Shown: positions 38,568-51,753, numbered from the stretch's first letter. The stretch is 64,000 bases of DNA from Eutreptiella sp. 'Long Island Sound 2002' (GCA_964036045.1 OZ038379.1:10850001-10914000), one strand, 5' to 3'. Numbers and translations are program-made. Notes: generated by a model from the sequence alone, not told the origin.

Positions 38568-40873
38568 CTGTGTAAGTGACCGGGAGTGGGGTACCCAAGC
38601 CCTAATGTGTGTGAGGGGGCTTCAGCGTGCTTACCTCTGGCAAGATCAACAATGGCCATGTGCCCCGTCCAAGTCCAATGCGGGACAGCCTAAGGCTCAT
38701 TGCACAGTGGTAACGCATCAATGCACTCTGATGTGATGGTGGACATACACTGAACCCAACCCAACCCCGGGTGTGGCTGCGGGGCTTGCTAGGCTTGTAC
38801 GCCACTATGCCCAACAGTGGGCCAGACGGCTTTCCATGCCTCCTGCACCATCGTCTGAGCCATGTTAGAGCGTCGTCGTCCTTGTGAAGGTACAATGATA
38901 AGGCGGAAAGGAGGTCGCGCTGCCATGCGTAGGGCACAGCAGTCACCGCCACCTTCTTCGGCTCATCCCCTCTAACTCCGGGGCACTCCCGGGCAGCACT
39001 CAAGCGAACGCTCCAATTCTGCCACATGGACTGCCAGCTGCTTAGCCGTCTGATCAGCCGTCCATGGGGCTTGGGCTTGGGCTTGGGCGGGTTTCGGCCC
39101 ATATTTGCACACCTAGTTGCCCTTGACGATATCAAGTTGCCACTCGGTGTCCCGCTCGTACAACACCATCATGAGTAGGGTCTCAAGCTGTCGGCTATCC
39201 GATGTTGTCGCAACGTCCACAACAGCCTGATTGAGCCCTCTCACCATCAACCCCGCATGGCACTTGGCAGTCAAGCCACCCACGGTATCACCATCCATCC
39301 ACACAATGTGCATGGGTGCCATCGAAGTTTTTCATTTCACCCAAGCCTAAGACCCTGCACACCCCAAAAGCGGTATCTTGGTATCCCCGGCAAACCGTGC
39401 TTTGGCCCTCTTGGGATTTGGATTGGCCTCTTGAGCGTGGCCCTTGCTCCCCTCCTCCGTCATTGATTTAAATTCGTTGAGCATCAGCACTACTCTAGTC
39501 AAGAGCAAAGATGTTGTGTGCAAGTCACACAACAACAAACATCATCTGTATAGTGGGAAGGGGGTAGGGTAGCTTCCGGCACCGACACAGTACTGCCCCA
39601 AGTCCCTCACCCTTGTCCTCTTGAGGCAAAACAAAGGTGATTGCTAACCTCGAACTCCTAACACTCACTTTTGGCCACCACCTAGCCTACACTGCATGCC
39701 GCTAGCTGCCGCATCTCTTGCCTCAGCATGACTTGGATCATGGTATCAGATTGAAAGTGCACCTCACATTGTGCTCCATGGTGTCACAATTATGAACCGC
39801 ATGCCTGCCCCCTATTTCAACCCCCCCCCCCCCGTCTACACACGCCATAGAGCAACCAACAGATTAACCCCCGCATAGAGTGTTCTCGTCAAGCTGGTGA
39901 AGATGAAATGTGGACATAGAAGGCTATGCACCTTTTTGAAACATGCTTACCCCCTTTGGACAGTAGTTGGCTGTGCACAATGGTATCCTCATACCCCCGA
40001 GGGAACATGGCCAAAATGACGATTCATTCAACCCCCCCTTGGAGAGATGTTCAAGGGTGCACAAAAAATAAAGCACACATGAAAGCAAGTCACATGAAAT
40101 TCAGTGACTGAGCACACGCCGCAGAACTGGTGGTATGCCAATTTGTTTCAACATTATGCAATGATCGCCTGAAAAATTCCCTGCTTCTGGACATCATGCA
40201 GCATTAGCCTGTTGAGCCCAAAATAGCTACCGTGTTCTAGTCCCTTGCACAGCTTTTGTGTGAAGCAAATATGTGTACTTCTTGCACGCCAAAATGTATA
40301 CACGTAGGAGATTTGTGTATTTTTCAACCAATTTAGCAAGAAACGGGTTATCACCTTCGTGCTTGAAAACCTTTGCCATCATGGATATACATTGAGCTTC
40401 GGCTTCCCCTCCATGAAAGGTATCCACATGCGTTCCCATGGGGCCCATCCTTTGCACTTTTGAGGGGGGGTATTTGGTAAAACTGAGTACCAGACGAGGT
40501 AAAACTGAGTAAAATGTGGTAAAACTGAGTAGATTTGAGGTAAAACTGAGTATTTTAAAAAAAAAATTTACTGGGTAAAAAGACAATTTTTTTTGAAAAA
40601 AATTGCACAAAAAACTGCACACTTTGATGGTAGTTGGTACTTTTGTTTAAGGGCATGAAGCCCCCGAGTCGATTCCCGGCCACTTGTGTTAGTGGCGCCC
40701 CACCCGGGCCAAACCATCATGTATATATCACACAACCGCTTCACCAAGGAGGGTTGAGTACCGTATGCATGCATGCACAGAGGAGGGAGAGATCACACAA
40801 CCACTTCACCAAAGAGGGTTGAGTATCGTATGCATGCATGCACAAAGGAGGGAGGGAGGGTGGGGCCAACTGC

Positions 40874-41745
40874 TTACAAGGAGTTACAAAAGACAACAGC
40901 CAACTCCTCCTTGTTTGCCCCAACAATGTGTGGCTTGTCAAGTAGGGGGTCAAACTTAAGGCAAAGGTATTCACGGGTTGCGGCAATCAACAACAAGCGG
41001 AGCACCCAATGGAAATTGCCCGAATTATATACCTGCGCCACAATCAACGGTGGTGCAAAAGACATATCAATGGACGCGCGTTCCAAAGTGCTACGTGCCC
41101 ACGATTCAACCAACGCCTGTCGGCGTTGTGGATTGGCACACGACGCATTCGACAAAGCATCACGGACTGCCCATGCCACACCCATTGTGTCCCAATCTGC
41201 ACTGAGAGCGGTCTGGGCTGCCCACCAGTAATACACCACAATTTGAGCACAGTCTGTGACATAGCTCTCGGAGGTGAGGTCCCTGAAATGGCGCGCCTCG
41301 AACTCATATTGTTGAGCCGATGGACCTGGAACCGTGGCATGTAGTGGCGGCCCCCAATCGTCACCAAGCAATGCCTCGACCTCTGCCAAGGATGGGCGAA
41401 ACGAGCCATGGCTATCACTGAGTGCCTTGCACACATTAGCAAGGATTTGTTCTGCAGGGCGACACCCAGTATGAGATGTTGGAGGGCTATCAGTACAAGG
41501 TGTGGCGACAACAATTTGGGACGGAATGGAACTAGCAAGGAACCTCGTTGCGGACACGTTCCAGTAACGCTTTTGACCAAACAAAATCGGTGGCATGTGG
41601 TGTGAACTCCTAGTTGGTGGAAACCCACTGTGCAAGTGTTTGCAGTGGTGAATTTTGTGCCATATAGTGGAACGTGATGGTATGCCGACCAGCCCACTCG
41701 ACAATTTGAGGGTTGAAAAAAGATACGCTTATGGGACACCCACAA
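40874..41745 (-). mobile_element. Ulp1/C48-like protease domain with upstream SWIM-like finger (Mutator-like relic)
   Basis: DLTSESYVTD..I.VY, YNSGNFHWVL and FDPL match the Ulp1 His/Asp region, but no catalytic Cys is visible. An overlapping frame has TCTVGFHQLGVHTTCH (SWIM-like). Confidence 0.5.
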
Positions 41746-43165
41746 GCTCTATTGGGTTCCGCACCTGTCACATGCAGAAGGGCACGTTACCCCGTTGTAT
41801 ATATAGACTTTCTGAACGGTATTTCGCTTAGCCCGCTTTACAAGGGGGTTGGGCATCGCGACTCCACACTGATGAGGAGCCCCAGGCGTCCCCGGTCATC
41901 AGTTTTTTCTTTTTCTCCCTCTCCGGCTAGAATATTGAAGTTGCACACAACTGCCGGTTGGGGGTGGTGGCAAGTGCGTACATATGGCCATAGCAACTTG
42001 AGGTGGTGGCCTGGGACCACACAGCGCCAGGCTACAAGCACCTCTCCCCGCTTACACCACACATCCAACGCACAAGCTTAACCCCCGAACTGACATTGTT
42101 GGTTTGCAATGGAGACGTATTAGCCACAGCTCGGCCGAAAAGAGTGTTCTGCTGTGTTACCGGGTGGCGGGTGGTGCGGCCTCACACTCGGACCCAAAAT
42201 TTGTCTAGTTGGAAAATTTGCCACCCATACCACCACCCCCCCCAGTGGGGGTTATGTCACGGGGGGTGGCCAATATAGGATCGGGACCACCCCCCACTAG
42301 CAATGCACATGGGGTTGCTCAGCCGCCATTTGAACTCCTGCATACACAGGGACATATATACCGTAGAAACACGCACAGAACCAAAACAGCGGCCCTATGC
42401 AACTCCCCGTTCAACAATACATGCACCGGAACTACATGCGCTACCCCCTTCGAATCCCAGTTCTCAGTCCCCACATTATACGGTGATGTTCATGGGCGCT
42501 CCTTGTGGGGTGGGGTCCTAGGAACACACATAGCAAGAAAAAAGAGAAACCGGATCGAGAGGTGCAAGTTTGTTGGGGGGAGGGGGGAGCAAACTGGAGC
42601 TGAGTTCCCCATCGTGGCCATGCACACGCACAAAGAGATAACACAACATACACCATACAGTGGAGGGAAAAAAGCCAAGCAAGAGGTTTACTAGAACCCA
42701 AAAAATGTCCAATGAGTGTTGCAAACATGAATGTAATTGGATATTTATAATGAGTCTCGTGATGTAATGCAATTTTATTGTCGGTCCCCCACATGCAGTG
42801 CACCGCACCCTGGGTCTCTGTCTCTTTGCCCATGAATGATGAAAAAGCTCCGTCATCAGCTCAAGGGTAAAGATTCACAAACAACCAAGCAACAGCACAC
42901 TGCATGTGTATTCCAAGGGTATCATCCGTGCCCACGGGACTCGTTGTAGCCGATTTCTTCGCGCATGCCTCGGTGCCATCCGCAGACCTTTACTGGTGGA
43001 GGACATTGTTGCATGCACGAAGGGCAATAGAAAAAAAATGGAGCCCATGCCGTCTGGGGAGTCAACAAGGAGGAAGAAATAATTCTTGCTACTATGTTCT
43101 TTAGTAGGGGTGTCCTTAACGGAAAAAAAAAGTTGTTCGAAGACCAGCTAATCACGGTGGGTACG

Positions 43166-43735
43166 ATCAGAGCGGGGGGCAAAATCAGAAGTGGCCCACA
43201 AGTGGGCAAAGTGGCTACGCCACCCCTGCCGTCTCGGGGGTCCCCACCGCTTCACAGCGGGGGGCAAAATCAGAAGTGGCCCACAAGTGGGCAAAGTGGC
43301 TACGTCATCCCTGCCGTCTCGGGGATCCCCACCGCTTCACAGCGGGGGGCAAACTCACAAGTGGCCCACTTGTGGGCAAAATGGCTACCTCACCCCTGCC
43401 GTATCGGGGATCCCCACCGCTTCAGAGCGGGGGGCAAAATCAGAAGTGGCCCACAAGTGGGCAAAGTGGCTACCTCACCCCTGCCGTCTCGGGGATCCCC
43501 GCCGCTTCAGAGCAGGGGGCAAAATCAGAAGTGGCCCACAAGTGGGCAAAATGGCTACCTCACCCCTGCCGTATCGGGGATCCCCACCGCTTCAGAGCAG
43601 GGGGCAAAATCAGAAGTGGCCCACAAGTGGGCAAAATGGCTACCTCACCCCTGCCGTATCGGGGATCCCCACCGCTTCAGAGCGGGGGGCAAAATCAGAA
43701 GTGGCCCACTTGTGGGCAAAATGGCTACCTCACCC
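43166..43735. repeat. 85-bp minisatellite, about 6.7 copies
   Basis: The aaaatcagaagtggccc anchor (one variant copy) occurs at 43181, 43266, 43351, 43436, 43521, 43606 and 43691, an exact 85-bp period. Confidence 0.95.
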
Positions 43736-45873
43736 GGGGCGTCTGTTGTGCGGGGTGGGGGTGGTGTGCCGGGTAGAGGAGTGCGCTGAGGGGGTAAGGT
43801 GTTCCCTTCCGTCGGCCGAGGGCGTTTTTGAACCGGCGGCAAGTGATTTGGAGGTAGGCTGCTATCTCCTCTGGTGCCGTGTCGGCCCACGCTTCCGGCG
43901 TCAGGGCTGCTGCTTGGGGGGCCGGGAGTTGTGGGCCTGGGAGGTGTAGGTCTCGGTGGTGGAGGTATAGGGCGAGGAGGATGTGGCGGGCCGCCACGTT
44001 CAAGCCGCCTCCGCTGTGGCGTAGGGGTGGGCTGTGGGGGGGCAGGGGTGTGCTGCCCGTGGCCACGGCTATGGTCCATGCGTGGTCCGCCGCGTCCGCC
44101 ACGTAGTACCCTCCCAGGTGGTCCCGGAGGGTGTCGGTGAGGAACCCGAAGAAGCTGGGGTGGCTGGCGGGGTGGGGTGCGGCTGGGGCCGCGGGCCGCT
44201 CGTGGTGGCGGGGGTTGAGGTCCCCGCAGTGGGGGCAGCGGGTGAGGCGGTGCGCGGCTCCCAGGCAGACCCAGTGGTCTGGGTTGCAGGGCAGGGCTGT
44301 CTGTGGTAGCCGCCGGCTAACGCAGAGGGGACATGCGGTGGCTGGTGGTTGGTGGTACCTGTGGACGGACGGCGGCGTGGGGGGATGGGGGCTGGTGGCG
44401 CGCGCATGCTGGTGGGAGTGTGTGCGGTGCCTGTGGCGTCCGTGTGTGCTGTGCCAGTGCTGTGCTCGGTGGATGGTGTGTAGACGTGGTGGGGGTTCCG
44501 TGTTGGTATGTCACGGGGTAGGTTCTCATGGTTGGTAGAACAGGAGTTTGAGGAGGTGGGCTTGGTCTGTTGGGGGCAGGGTTGCCGCATGCTGCAGGTA
44601 TTTGTTGGTGCGGTATGTGAGCTGCTCCGCCGTCTTGGCAACGGCCGTCCGCTGCATGTGCGCCGCCGTGGCCTGGGGGTCCTCCGCGTGGGTGCGTAGC
44701 AAGGTGTAGACGGCAGTGGGGACGAGTCCCCTGCGGACTGCCTCGAGCACCTCCGTCTGCTTGAGGACGGTGGTGAGTTGCTGGGTCGCCGGGGACTGCG
44801 TCAGCCATCCGGCGTGCTGTGCGATGGTGTGGGTTGGGTTCCAGTCTGTGAGGGTGTCCAGTCCTCTGTACAGGGGGCACGCCTTGAAGTGGTCCCATGC
44901 TTCTTCTTCCGCGTGGCTGCAGATGCATTTGGTGTGTCCTGCGGGGACGTGGATCGAGCGGCGCGTATACCATCGGTGGTATCGGGTGAGGAGGGGAAGT
45001 TGTTCGAGGGCGAGTTGGAGTCGGGGCTTTTGTAGGTGTGCTGGGAGGCTATCCGGGCGCAGGGCGGAGTAGTAGAGGGGGGTGTGGACGGAGTCTTCGA
45101 GGCGTCGGAGGAGTTCGGTGTTCGCTGGGTGGCCCAGTGTGGTGGCCAGTTGCTGGATGGGTGTGGGGTAGTGGTACTGCTTGTCTCGATCCGTGTACGG
45201 CGTGTCCTCGGGCATCCATTGGGGGGGCTGTGTGGCCGGGGGTATCGGGGGCAGGTGCTACAGGTGGCTATGGTGTGGGGTGTCCAGTCGCACGCGTTCG
45301 AGCCCTGGGGTGTGGTTGGTGTTCTGGTGTTTGGCCTGCGTGTCTGCGCGTCCATTGCCGTATGCGTAGCGGTGTGACTCCTGCTTGATGATGTGTAGGG
45401 TGTCCTGGGGGTGCATGCCCTTGAAGGCCATCCATAGTCCCAACGCTTGTGTGGTGAGGCCGGATTCGAGTGCTTTGTGGAGGGGCAGGTCCGCAAGGCG
45501 CCTGGTGAGGTGGATGTCGACCGTGGCGTCCACGACTACCCAGATGTTGCGGGGCCGGATCGTCGTGGGTGGCGGTGTGGCGGTGACGGCGTCTGCCATG
45601 GTGCGCAGTTCGCCGTGGGAGGACGCCCCAAAGATGGTGGCCCCGGTGTGGTGTTCCACGTGGAGGCCGTCCGCGTGCCGGGTGATGCGCACGGAGGCGC
45701 AACCGACCGTGGGGGTGCGTTGCTGGGTGCCGGATGCGTCAGTGAAGTAGATGATGTCGGTGTCGCTGGGTATGGGTAGGCGGGCGATTGCTGTGGGGTG
45801 ATAGACGTAGATGGGGTTCCCCTGGGCGGTTCTGGCGGTGATTTGCGTGGGTTGCAGTAGTGGCGCTGCATAC
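43735..45873 (-). mobile_element. 5'-truncated non-LTR retrotransposon fragment (RNase H plus Cys/His finger) with a downstream RING-like open frame
   Basis: RNase H motifs YFTDAS / GELRTM / VVVDAT / KQESH..GNGRADTQAK (45258-45875); KCICSH...WDHFKAC finger (44526-45215); strongly C/A-rich sense strand. Confidence 0.75.
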
Positions 45874-46066
45874 ATCCAACGGTCCGGAAGGCCACCGCCC
45901 CGCTCACCACCACCAGGTCAGTGATGGACAGCAGACCCAGGCCGCGGAAGTTGTAGCACACGGTGTACGTCCCAGTGGCGTCCAGCTGCTGCTCCGGCAC
46001 TGCCACCAGCGCGCCACCACCCGACACCCAACCGGCAGAAACTGCCACCATCGTCACGTTGTCGCA
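45874..46066 (-). CDS. giant repetitive surface-type glycoprotein, last visible exon
   Basis: Acceptor CCTTGCAG|TGC; contains a GTYTVCY repeat motif; probable donor T|GTATGC at 45873. Confidence 0.7.
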
Positions 46067-47369
46067 CTGCAAGGGCACAGCAGGGGCATGAAGGCGGTTT
46101 CAAGAGCGGTTGCAAAAGCGGGTATTGACAGATGGATGGCGGGTGGGGGGGCAGGAGTTTTGTTTGGGAACAGGAGCACGGCGCAATGAGGTGCAGGACA
46201 GAGGATAGGGACTGGCCGTCGGATTTTTCATGGACGAAGGGGCTGCTTGTTGCTGGAGGCATGTATATGGTTGACATGCGTTTCTGGGGCACATTGCAGA
46301 TGCAATTTTGATGGAGAGTTTTTCCTTACTTTGGACAAGAAGACCTGCCTACCGTCATCTGGAGGGAGGGGGGCGGCGTCCCTCGGGGCTGCCTCCTGGT
46401 CTCCCGCTCCTTCTCTCCCTCCAATCCACCCACGTACACCCCGAGCCTTACACCCGCCCTTGCCTCATGGCTAGCACCGAGGGGCCCTGTTTGTTGTCCT
46501 GTTGGGCCGCCTGGAGGGCCATACAAGCGCTTCTCCTCACTGCAGGGGGGCCATAGCAGGGGGTTGTGCTCACTGAAGGGGCGCCATTTCAGAGTGTCTG
46601 CCCCCTCTTGAGTGGCCATGAGGGGAGTGATCACTACACGAGGCCATAGAGGGAATGTGCTCACTGTAGGGGCACCATAGAGGGGGTTGTGCTCACCTTG
46701 GGTGGACCATAGAGGAATTTGCGCCAGCGGGGCACCGTAGAGGGCAGTACGGCCAAATACGGCCCAAATGACCCTTCAACCAATCTGACCATCCACAAAG
46801 CATGACAGCACCAAAGGACCCTCATGGAGAAGCAACGACACGCAAGATCAAAAACTACAGCACAATACCCCAGACAAATCAAGCCCCACACACCAAGGTC
46901 GGAACAGGAGTCTGGAAAATGTCGGCGGATAGTTGTTGTGGCGGATAATTTATTTGTGGTCGGGTTAATCGTGCTGCTTGTCGGTGGGTTGGGTTGGGTT
47001 GGGAGGTTGTGTCTGCTACTATTTTTTGTATTTGTGTGTTGTCTCTTTTTTTTGGGGGGGGGGGGGGGCAACCAGTTCAGATGCAGCGCCATTTTGCAAA
47101 GCAACAACAGCCGGAAGATACCCTGGCATCCCAAATGGAGGACAGTCATAATTGTTGGGATTGGAAGTGGGGGACTGGAGGGGGAGTTCAAAAGTGGGTG
47201 CCGGAGGCGGTTAACAATGGTTGGAAAAGCGGTTGTGGGCCCAGGTTTGGCGACTACCATTCGGTTGGCAAACCGCTGGGTGCGGGCAGAAGTAGTTGCG
47301 GCGGAATGAACTGTCACAGCTCCCCCGTGTTAAGCGCTGCGCTACCCTTCCCTGCAGCCCTCAACAGAC

Positions 47370-48061
47370 CTCTTGCCCGGGTGTCGCGATGCCGTAGACA
47401 TCCTCGTCCGTCAAGAAGCTGCCGTGCAGGTTCAACGTGAAGCGCACCCCGGCGGCCGCAGGGCTCCCGATCGTGGTGTGCGACGACACCCCGGCGACCT
47501 GCAACTCGTAGGTCCCGACCTGCTGCCACCCCAGATCCTGGACGTTGTAGCAGACCTTGTACGCGCCCGCGGCGTACTGCACCAGCGTGGCATTGACGGT
47601 GGTGTTGTCCGGGCTGATCATGTCCGGCCCAACCGACAGGTAACCCCCGGTGAGAGGGCTCACTGCGGAGCAGGACATCGCGGCCGGGACCGTCGCGACC
47701 TTGTCACCGGAGTCGAAGCCGCTGCCGGACACCACCAGGGTGAAATTGGTCATTCGCGCCGCCGGGTGCGGCGTCGTGTAGGCGTCGGAGGCCCCGTTGA
47801 CGACGAACGGCGCGCCAACCTGCTTCCAGGCCGCGCCCAGGAGGAGGTAGCACACCACGTGGCTCCCGGCGGCACGCGACACGGAGAGGGTCGCGGAGGT
47901 TGTGCCGGATACCCCGGCGACGGGGACCGCCGTCGGGGCGCCGCACCCCTCGGCCTCCGGGACGACTGCGTAGGAGTCGAAGTTGGACAGGCCGAGTCCC
48001 GTGATGGTGAGCGTGAAGACCTCGTTGGCGATGGGGTAGCCGTGTGAGTATGCCAGGGCGC
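47370..48061 (-). CDS. giant repetitive surface-type glycoprotein, exon
   Basis: Acceptor CTGGCAG|GC (phase 1, restores IDG-ALAYS); donor GAG|GTCTGT; two VCY repeats. Confidence 0.8.
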
Positions 48062-49689
48062 CTGCCAGACGGGAGGGAGGAGGAGAATCGAGACATCGAG
48101 ACCAGTGGCAAGGCATGTCCCTCCCACACCCTTGCGCAGGTGCCCTCCACACAATGCGAACAACCCCGGAAGGGGGCATGTGGCCGTTTGGTCTGTTTGG
48201 ATAAGTTGGGTCCAAGCGAACCCCGTCGATTTGGGGGGGGGCTGACCGGAAGGAACCCTGTTGGTGTTCGGCAAACATAGAGATCTTGAACAATTGGTCG
48301 GCCGGAGTCGGGGAAACGACCGTAGCACAGGGCGGAGCTTCGACACAAAATGGTGCTTGCCTGTGACCCGTGTTTTGAGATCCGATGGATACACCAAAAA
48401 CCTACCCAGACCTCATCCAGACCAGGTTTCACATGAGCACAGCAGCCACACAATATACAGACGTCTTGCCGACAAAATTTAGTTCCAGTGACTTGTCCAT
48501 GATGCACGACATCACATCGTTACAAGAGCATCCCTGCTTCCGATCCCTGGCATCCCTTTTCTGTTGGTTGCCAGGAATGGCATTGGGTCACGCGGGGGCC
48601 AACCCCTCGGGTTGATACGCGACTCACCTCCCCCAAGTAGAAGTGGGCCGAAGGCTCCTTTGAGGGGGAGGGTCTAGCCAGCGGCCGGGGGAGGGGGTAC
48701 CCCAACATATATGCACCTTACAACGATCGCCATGGGGTGGAGGAGAGCATGACACCTGACGTACGGCGTCACCCAACACCTTCGGCGGCACCAGTACTAT
48801 GGGCCAAACGCGGCCACCCTTTGCAACTAACTGGGCCCCCAGGGCAGGGACAGGGGGAGTCGCGCATGGAAACCAAGGGCCCCCGCTGTGGGATGCAGAT
48901 GTTGTATGCTTTGCCACACCTTTACCACACAGGCACAAGGCTGCAGAGCAGCAGGGTCAGGACAAAAAGCTCTTTAGTGACATTGCCATAGGCACCTTTC
49001 TCTGTGGTACAATGCAGTACCCTGACAAGACTGTTATAGAGGGCTCATATAGATATCACAAAGCAGACTATCCTACAGTATGTCAGACCCCCCCCCCGTG
49101 AGCATTGGGTTTTAGTGTCAAACAGAACGCTGTCATCAACAGGAAATACTGCCACCCTCTTTTTCTCCACAATCGGCACCCAACCACGTCACTGGATACT
49201 CTTGGCCGCAAAAACTACGGTCAGAAAAACAGCGGTGGCACGCGCTCTTGAGGGGGGAGGGGGTAAGTACTGTGAATCCATTGCCGGAGGGTGGGAGCAT
49301 GGCCACGAAGGGGGTCGGCGTTTGGCAGGATTGTTGCAGGTGCAGACCTTCCAGCAAGAGGCAGGCGGTCACAATATGGGGCAGCACTGGAACCAAATCG
49401 GGCCTCGGCGGATTTGTTTTGGGAGGGGGGGGCTGATTCGGACTTCATCACGTTTGGCAGCGGGCACATCAGTAGCAGGGCCAGCCCACAGGGGGCGACA
49501 CACAACAAACCAGCCCCCTACTCATAGCAATGAAAGTACGGTAAGGGTAAAATCGAGTCACAGCTCAGTAGACGGCTATAGACCGGGCGTTTATTTTGAG
49601 TCAAAAAGCAAAGATATGAATGAAGGGCAACCACAACTAACAACACAAGCAACAAATAACAACAAGCAACTTGGGGTGCACTACACGCA

Positions 49690-50260
49690 TGCGTACAGCT
49701 GTAAACCCCCAGACCCAGGGCGCCGTAAAAAATGCACTCTTTTTAAAAACAAGTACACGACAGGGCTTTAGCCCCGTGGAACGGAAATGTATGACCCATG
49801 AAAATTTTACGGTGCTAGCACCGTAAAAACTGACAAATCTCGGTCGAATTTTACATTTTCTCTGTACCGAGTTGTATCTGAAAAACACAGCTCCAGCGGC
49901 GCTTTAAACTAATAGTGCGGGATCCGGACCTTGTTCGGAATTGCTGCGACAGGTCATTGGCACCCCCAGGGAAATGTAAAAGAGATCCACAAAAGGACAG
50001 ATAGCTATAAGTTGCATGACCCGGATAAGCCAGAAGACGTCCCCCTAATTGGACAACTGCAGCGAGGGGAATATTGATCAAATGTGCCCCAAACAGTCGT
50101 TCAATGCTCGCATTTTTTTTAATTTTCGGTGTAATGATTAACCCTCAATGGCACATCTCAGCGCAAAAATGCTTACGGTGTTGGCCTAGTGATTAAAAAC
50201 CCATACTAGGACTGAAAAATATTTCTCTGTCTGAAGGAGAAGGGCAGAGATGGACAAATT
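49690..50260. repeat. interspersed repeat, copy A (intronic)
   Basis: Collinear with 61290-62040 (gcgccgtaaaaaatgcactc ... ccgagttgtatctgaaaaacac ... gaagggcagagatggacaa), same orientation. Confidence 0.75.
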
Positions 50261-51753
50261 GGAAGGAACCTGCATGGTTCACTTATACCAATGCTATGCT
50301 ACCAGTCATCCCCTCTCAGAGCTAACCATGTGGTCACCCCTACACACAATGAGCCCCCCCACCGGTTCTTACATCTGACGTCACATCAAAGTCCAAGTCC
50401 TTATCTGTTGCAGGTGCAGGATCAAAACCCGTGTCCTGTGTACTCTAATGGTATCCTGCTTGGCAGGGTCCTCATAGATGGGTGTTACAGCACCCGCTTC
50501 AATTTTGTCATTTCCCACTGCACCAAATTTGGCGTCACCATCACTCAACTTGTCCTCGGGTACATCCCGGGGTTCTTAACTGACCACTGCAGGGGCGGCC
50601 GTTGCACCAATCTCCTCTATCTCGCCGTCAGACACTACGGGCTCCTTGGCTGCAAAGCAGCGCTTACCACCGCGGGGTGCCATTTTGATGCCTTTTGAGG
50701 CCAACCCAATGCACAATTTTATCCCATTACCCCCCCCCCCCTCCACCTTCTCTAGACACCCCAACACACATGCAAAAGCATGTCCACTGGCAAAACTGCA
50801 TGCTGCCCATCAACAGGATTTGTTTTCGCAGAAAACAATATCTGCAATATCTATAATATCCGCAGGAAAAATTGTACGGCCTAACACCACTAACCAACAC
50901 CGTAAGTAGCCAAATAGATGGCCTATGAGCTCAATTTCACCAAAGCCCTAAATTTTGATTACTATATATTTCTTGAGAGCGCCCTATTCTATTCATATCC
51001 AGAGTGTGCAACTGAGTGCTTTCCTGTTGCGGTATGACATTTTTGAGACCATTGCGCCGGCAATCAAGGACCTATACACAAACTTATGGCGGCAACACCG
51101 TACAGTTTTACGGCGGGAGCGCTGTAAAAATGCTTTCCCGTACCTAGTGGGCTACGCAGGTGCCCCAAATTCTCCATCTCTGCCCTGCCTCGGAAATGAC
51201 CTGGCCGGCCTGAGGCAGGCTGTTACTGTCCACACCATCGTCTCAACACCATTGCCTAATTATTTGATCATGTTGGTTCTTGCCTGTGGAAAGATGAAGA
51301 GAAGGGAGAGGGGGTGTAGTCTCTATTCCTCTGGGGGGGGGGGGGGGGGCACGTCTTCCTGCTACCTAAAAGCTTCCCCTCCAATACCCGTGCCGCTTTA
51401 TGGTGGTGGCGCCGTAAACGTTTACGGCAATGGTGCCGTAAACGTTTGCGTTAGAACTGTGTCAATCCGCCTACCACCCCTCTTTTGGCATTGGCCAAAT
51501 GGATCTCTGTGGCGTTTATGGCACTTTTTGCCCCCGCGCAGCCTAACTTTACAGCTCTATGCGTCCACATAGTGCACCCAAAGAGTAACAAGTAACAAAA
51601 AACAACAACCACAAGTAAGAGCAAGAACAAACAAACAACAAAAAGTAAAACCAAGCAACAGCAAGCAACAACAAGTAAAACCCGACAAAAACAACAAGCA
51701 ACCACAAACGGGGACAAAAGGAGACAAGAACCATCAGAGGACACAATAGATAC

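Noticed and set aside
38602-39322. Coding-like minus-strand ORF fragments right of the transposase terminus
   Set aside because: Probably another decayed element, but no family-diagnostic motif could be identified.
43166-43735. 85-bp repeat as a CRISPR array
   Set aside because: The units are entirely repeated with no unique spacers, the context is eukaryotic, and there are no cas genes.
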